A DNA stretch of 64,000 nucleotides, taken from an uncultured Actinomycetes bacterium (GTDB lineage Bacteria; Actinomycetota; UBA4738; JBBDTT01). The DNA is taken from positions 64,001 through 128,000 of the forward strand of contig CAVUMN010000002.1 in NCBI GenBank assembly GCA_963742735.1, in the 5' to 3' direction. The notes under the pieces were generated by a model that did not search any database, was not told where the DNA came from, and was given only the letters and a program-made list of their open reading frames with translations. Position numbers and translations under genes: made by a program. Below are positions 60,465 through 64,000 of the stretch, piece after piece (position 1 is the stretch's first letter; every line of letters begins with the position of its first letter).

Positions 60465-60860
60465 CTACACCGGGGGGCGGGGCGGCAGCGTGCGAGGGAT
60501 GTCCTGGGCCAGCTCGACCACGTGGCCGTCGGGGTCGAGCACGTGCACGGTCCGGTGCCCCCATGGGCGGTCGACGGGCCCGTGGACCTCCAGGCCGGCA
60601 GCGCGGAGGCGATCCGCCTCGGCCTCCGCGTCCTCCACCGAGAACACCACCTCGGCGGTGGGGCCGGGCTCGCCCGGCGGGCGGCGGATCAGCCCGGGGA
60701 CCCGGGCCCGCTCGAACAGGGCGAACCGCGGCGCGTCCGTCGAGAACTCCGCGTAACCGTGCTCGGTGAACTTCAGCTCGAGCCCGAGGGCGTCGCGGTA
60801 GAAGGCCACGCTCGCGCCGAGGTCCGCGACGAACAGGATGACGTGGCTCAGGCGACGCAC
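60465..60860 (-). CDS. VOC/glyoxalase family protein
   Basis: H..L.V.DL..S..FY...LG, PWG.R.....DPDG..VE. Confidence 0.88.
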   Translation of the reverse strand: MRRLSHVILFVADLGASVAFYRDALGLELKFTEHGYAEFSTDAPRFALFERARVPGLIRRPPGEPGPTAEVVFSVEDAEAEADRLRAAGLEVHGPVDRPWGHRTVHVLDPDGHVVELAQDIPRTLPPRPPV

Positions 60861-60884
60861 GGCCGAACACTCTACGATCGAGGC

Positions 60885-61160
60885 GTGAAGGGCGATCGGG
60901 TCGAGATCGTCGTGGACGCCGGGGACGGCGCCCGGACCTTCGAGATCGAGGCGACGAAGGCGGGCCGGCGCGTGGAGGTCTCCACCGCACGCGGCGTGGT
61001 CGAGGTGGCCGAGCTCACCCGGACCGGCCAACCCGTGCGCACCGGCCGGTTCATGGCCAGCCGGGTGATCGCGCTGGTGGAGCACCCCGCCGAGGACGAA
61101 CGCCCTAAGGCCTCCGGGCCTCGCGCGCGCGACCAGGCCTCCTTGCTCTCGCCCGGCTGA
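60885..61160 (+). CDS. Small hypothetical protein
   Basis: Coding-like ORF; TACGAT 6 nt before GTG. Confidence 0.55.
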   Translation: MKGDRVEIVVDAGDGARTFEIEATKAGRRVEVSTARGVVEVAELTRTGQPVRTGRFMASRVIALVEHPAEDERPKASGPRARDQASLLSPG

Positions 61161-61198
61161 GCAGGATTCGCCCGCCAGGGCATGGAATCACCTTTCCC

Positions 61199-63559
61199 AT
61201 GCGCCCGGCCCGCGTCTGCGCCCTGCTGCTCGCCCTCGGCCTGCTCGCGCCCACCTCGGCGCACGCGGCCGAGCCCCTCATCCCCGTCGACCTGCCCGTC
61301 GGCGGCCACGAGCTGAACAAGGGCACCGGCAAGGTCGTACCCGCCACCCCCATCGCACCCGTCGCGAAGACCATCGACGGGGCCATCGGCGACTGGGTCG
61401 GCCTGCCCTCACGGTACGCCGGCACCAGCGTGTACTCGGGCGGCGAGTACGTGTACCAGGACCACCTCTTCGACGCGTTCGGCGCCGACGCCGGCGAGGA
61501 CGTGGAGCTCAACGCGACCCTCGACCCCCTGGCCGCGGCGGTCCCCGAGACCTACCGCACCGAGGGCATCTTCCGGTACCTGGCCGGTGAGCTCGGCCTG
61601 CCCCCGCCCTTCGAGGCGACGGTCAACTACGGCAACCTGGGGCCGCTGTTCGGCGCGGACCTCGAGGAGCTCCACGTCTCCCTCGACGCGGACAACGTCT
61701 ACCTTCTGGCCCGCACGACCAAGCTCGCCACCGCGAACGAGACGGGCCTGCTCCTGCTGGTCGACCTCGGGGGCGGCTCGATCGACCGGGCGGTGCCGTT
61801 CAACACCGGCCTGCGCACCACCAGGGCGGACCTGGCCGTGCTGGTCGCCGGGACCAGCGGCTGGGTGGCCGACCTGGGGACCGGCGCCGTGACACCGCTG
61901 GGCGCCGGGTCCGTCGCCACCGACCCCACGGCGTTCAACAACGCCATCGAGGCCCGCATCCCGCGGGCGGCCCTGCACCTGGGGGCGACCGCCGGTACCC
62001 TGCGCATCGCGGCGGGGACCGGTCCGTTCGACGCCGCGAAGAACGCCTTCGCCGACACCGGCCTTCCGTCGAACCTGGCCAACGTCGCGTTCCGCGCCGC
62101 CGAGCCGGTCCGCGAGTGGTTCGAGAAGCAGCAGGCCTTCAGCCTGTACGCGAAGACGATCGACCCGTTCTTCGCCAACGTCGACATCGCGCGGGTCCTG
62201 CGCGGGGCCACCGAGCGCTTCGTGCCCGGTCCGGGCTACCACGAGCGCGTGTTCATCTCCAAGGCCCAGGCCAGCGAGGGGTCCCGCGACGGCATCTGGC
62301 AGCCGTACGGGCTGTTCCTGCCGAAGGCCTTCGCCGAGGGCAAGACGCTCCCGCTGCAGTTCTGGCTCCACTGGCGGGGAGGGACGGCGCACAGCGCGGG
62401 GACGGCCACCCCCGACATCTTCCGCCAGCTGGGCGAGAAGCAGAACACGATCGTCGTCGCTCCGCGGGGACGGGGGACGTCGTCGTGGTACGTGGGCGCC
62501 GGGCACGTGGACGTCCTCGAGGTCTACGAGCAGGTCACCAGCTCGTTCGCGATCGACCTCAACCGCGTGTACCTGGCCGGTCACTCGATGGGCGGGTGGG
62601 GGTCCTACCTGTTCGCCATCACGCACCCGGACCTGTTCGCCGCCGCGCTGCCCGCCTCGCCGCCCCAGACACAGGGCCTGTGGACCGGACTCGACTTCGA
62701 GGGCTGCGACGGCTACACGGCCGGCGACTACAACCTCTGCTACAGCCCGACGGACGACGGCCGGGCCCGCGACCAGGCCGTGGTGAAGATGATCGGCAAC
62801 CTGCGGAACCTGCCCGTGGCGGTGTTCCAGGGGATGGCCGACGAGCTCGTCTGGTACCCGGGGGTGGCCCGCACCAGCCTGACCCTCACGCAGATCGGCT
62901 ACCGCAACCGCCTGTACTCGTTCCCGACCCAGGAGCACTACGGCCCGCCGGTGTGGGACCAGTGGAAGGACGCCGCGACCTATCTGCACTCGTTCGTGCG
63001 CAACCCGAACCCGCCCCGTGTGACCTTCCGTCGCGACATGCTCTTCGAGCGTGCCGTCGAGGAGATCCGCACCCAGGGCGCCAAGCTCTCCTTCGACTTC
63101 GACCGCGCCTACTGGATGTCCGAGCTGATCCCCGCGAACAACGTGAGCGCCGCGGCCACGTTCGACGGCCGCTCGCTGGCGATCCCCCAGGCGCCCTACC
63201 TGGAGGTCCCCGAGGTGGGCGGGCCGGCGGCCATCGGCAACACCGGCCCGTACTTGATGACCGGCCTGCGGTGGCTCGACGACCCGACCGCGACGGCGCC
63301 GGCGACGGTCAACGGGTTCCAGGCCACACTGTCCGGCGCCAAGGCCGTGCGTCTGGACCTGGGGCGGATGGCGATCGATTCCTCCAGGACCGTCACCGGC
63401 ACGGTCACCACCGACCGGTCGATGCAGCTGCGGCTGTTCGGGACGTGGACCACCGCCCCGGTCGTGAAGCGGAACGGCGTGGGGGTCGCGCGAACCCTGG
63501 CCTCGGGCGTCCTGTCCATCACCTTGCCCGCGGGGACGTCCACGCTCACCATCGGCTAG
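61199..63559 (+). CDS. Secreted multidomain alpha/beta hydrolase (esterase/peptidase S9-like)
   Basis: Signal peptide, IDG...DW sugar-binding-like N-domain, GHSMGG nucleophile, D and H downstream. Confidence 0.75.
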   Translation: MRPARVCALLLALGLLAPTSAHAAEPLIPVDLPVGGHELNKGTGKVVPATPIAPVAKTIDGAIGDWVGLPSRYAGTSVYSGGEYVYQDHLFDAFGADAGEDVELNATLDPLAAAVPETYRTEGIFRYLAGELGLPPPFEATVNYGNLGPLFGADLEELHVSLDADNVYLLARTTKLATANETGLLLLVDLGGGSIDRAVPFNTGLRTTRADLAVLVAGTSGWVADLGTGAVTPLGAGSVATDPTAFNNAIEARIPRAALHLGATAGTLRIAAGTGPFDAAKNAFADTGLPSNLANVAFRAAEPVREWFEKQQAFSLYAKTIDPFFANVDIARVLRGATERFVPGPGYHERVFISKAQASEGSRDGIWQPYGLFLPKAFAEGKTLPLQFWLHWRGGTAHSAGTATPDIFRQLGEKQNTIVVAPRGRGTSSWYVGAGHVDVLEVYEQVTSSFAIDLNRVYLAGHSMGGWGSYLFAITHPDLFAAALPASPPQTQGLWTGLDFEGCDGYTAGDYNLCYSPTDDGRARDQAVVKMIGNLRNLPVAVFQGMADELVWYPGVARTSLTLTQIGYRNRLYSFPTQEHYGPPVWDQWKDAATYLHSFVRNPNPPRVTFRRDMLFERAVEEIRTQGAKLSFDFDRAYWMSELIPANNVSAAATFDGRSLAIPQAPYLEVPEVGGPAAIGNTGPYLMTGLRWLDDPTATAPATVNGFQATLSGAKAVRLDLGRMAIDSSRTVTGTVTTDRSMQLRLFGTWTTAPVVKRNGVGVARTLASGVLSITLPAGTSTLTIG

Positions 63560-63605
63560 GCCGGGGCGAGGGCGGTTCCGCCCGCCGGGATATCATCGCC
63601 GCGAC

Positions 63606-64000
63606 GTGGAGACCGTTCGCTACTTCGCGTACGGGTCGAACATCGAGCCCGGCTTCATCCACGAACGATGTCCGTCCGCGACGAACCCCGTCGTCGGCCG
63701 ACTGGACGGCTTCCGCCTGGAGTTCAACGTCTACTCCGACGTGTGGGGCGGGGGCGCGGCGAACCTGGAGCTCGACCCCGACACGCACGTGTGGGGCGTG
63801 GTGTGGGAGGTGGACCGCGACGACCTCCCGAAGCTCGACACGTTCCAGGGCCACCCCACGTACTACCGGCACGAGAGCGTCGTGGTGGTGTCCGGCGAGG
63901 AGCTGATGCCGTGCACGACCTTCCGGGTGGCGCACCTGCAGGGGTTCGTCCGGCCCACCGACGACTACCTGGAGCGGGTCCGCTCGGGGATGGCCCAGCT
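63606..64000 (+). CDS. Gamma-glutamylcyclotransferase-like protein (3' truncated)
   Basis: YFAYGSN, VWGVVW, LD..QG, P...YL; absent from the ORF track because the frame runs off the window. Confidence 0.82.
   Translation, partial: METVRYFAYGSNIEPGFIHERCPSATNPVVGRLDGFRLEFNVYSDVWGGGAANLELDPDTHVWGVVWEVDRDDLPKLDTFQGHPTYYRHESVVVVSGEELMPCTTFRVAHLQGFVRPTDDYLERVRSGMAQ

Overview
High-GC actinobacterial-type chromosomal segment. The housekeeping backbone is leuS-comEA-comEC-holA ... rpsT-lepA-hemW-[CIRCE]-hrcA-dnaJ-rsmE-HIT-phoH-ybeY-hemolysin/CBS-cdd-era ... deoC-2xALDH ... recO-uppS, with accessory genes interleaved. A ~15.7 kb block between holA and rpsT carries three tandem atypical DegV genes ahead of a 1503-aa Zn-ribbon/kinase/STAND-type ATPase/class III cyclase whose kinase has a WNK-like relocated lysine. 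The same block holds four tandem secreted beta-helix/RTX paralogs that are recombinational mosaics with hypervariable Cys loops. Other notable items: a SLATT (DUF4231) gene next to a membrane-anchored TIR protein, a vapBC module with a palindromic operator, two shared alternative-sigma-like promoter motifs (one likely ECF autoregulation, one before five secreted hydrolases), and many apparently leaderless genes. No rRNA, tRNA, CRISPR, integrase or transposase was seen. All calls come from motif recognition by eye; no database searches were run.
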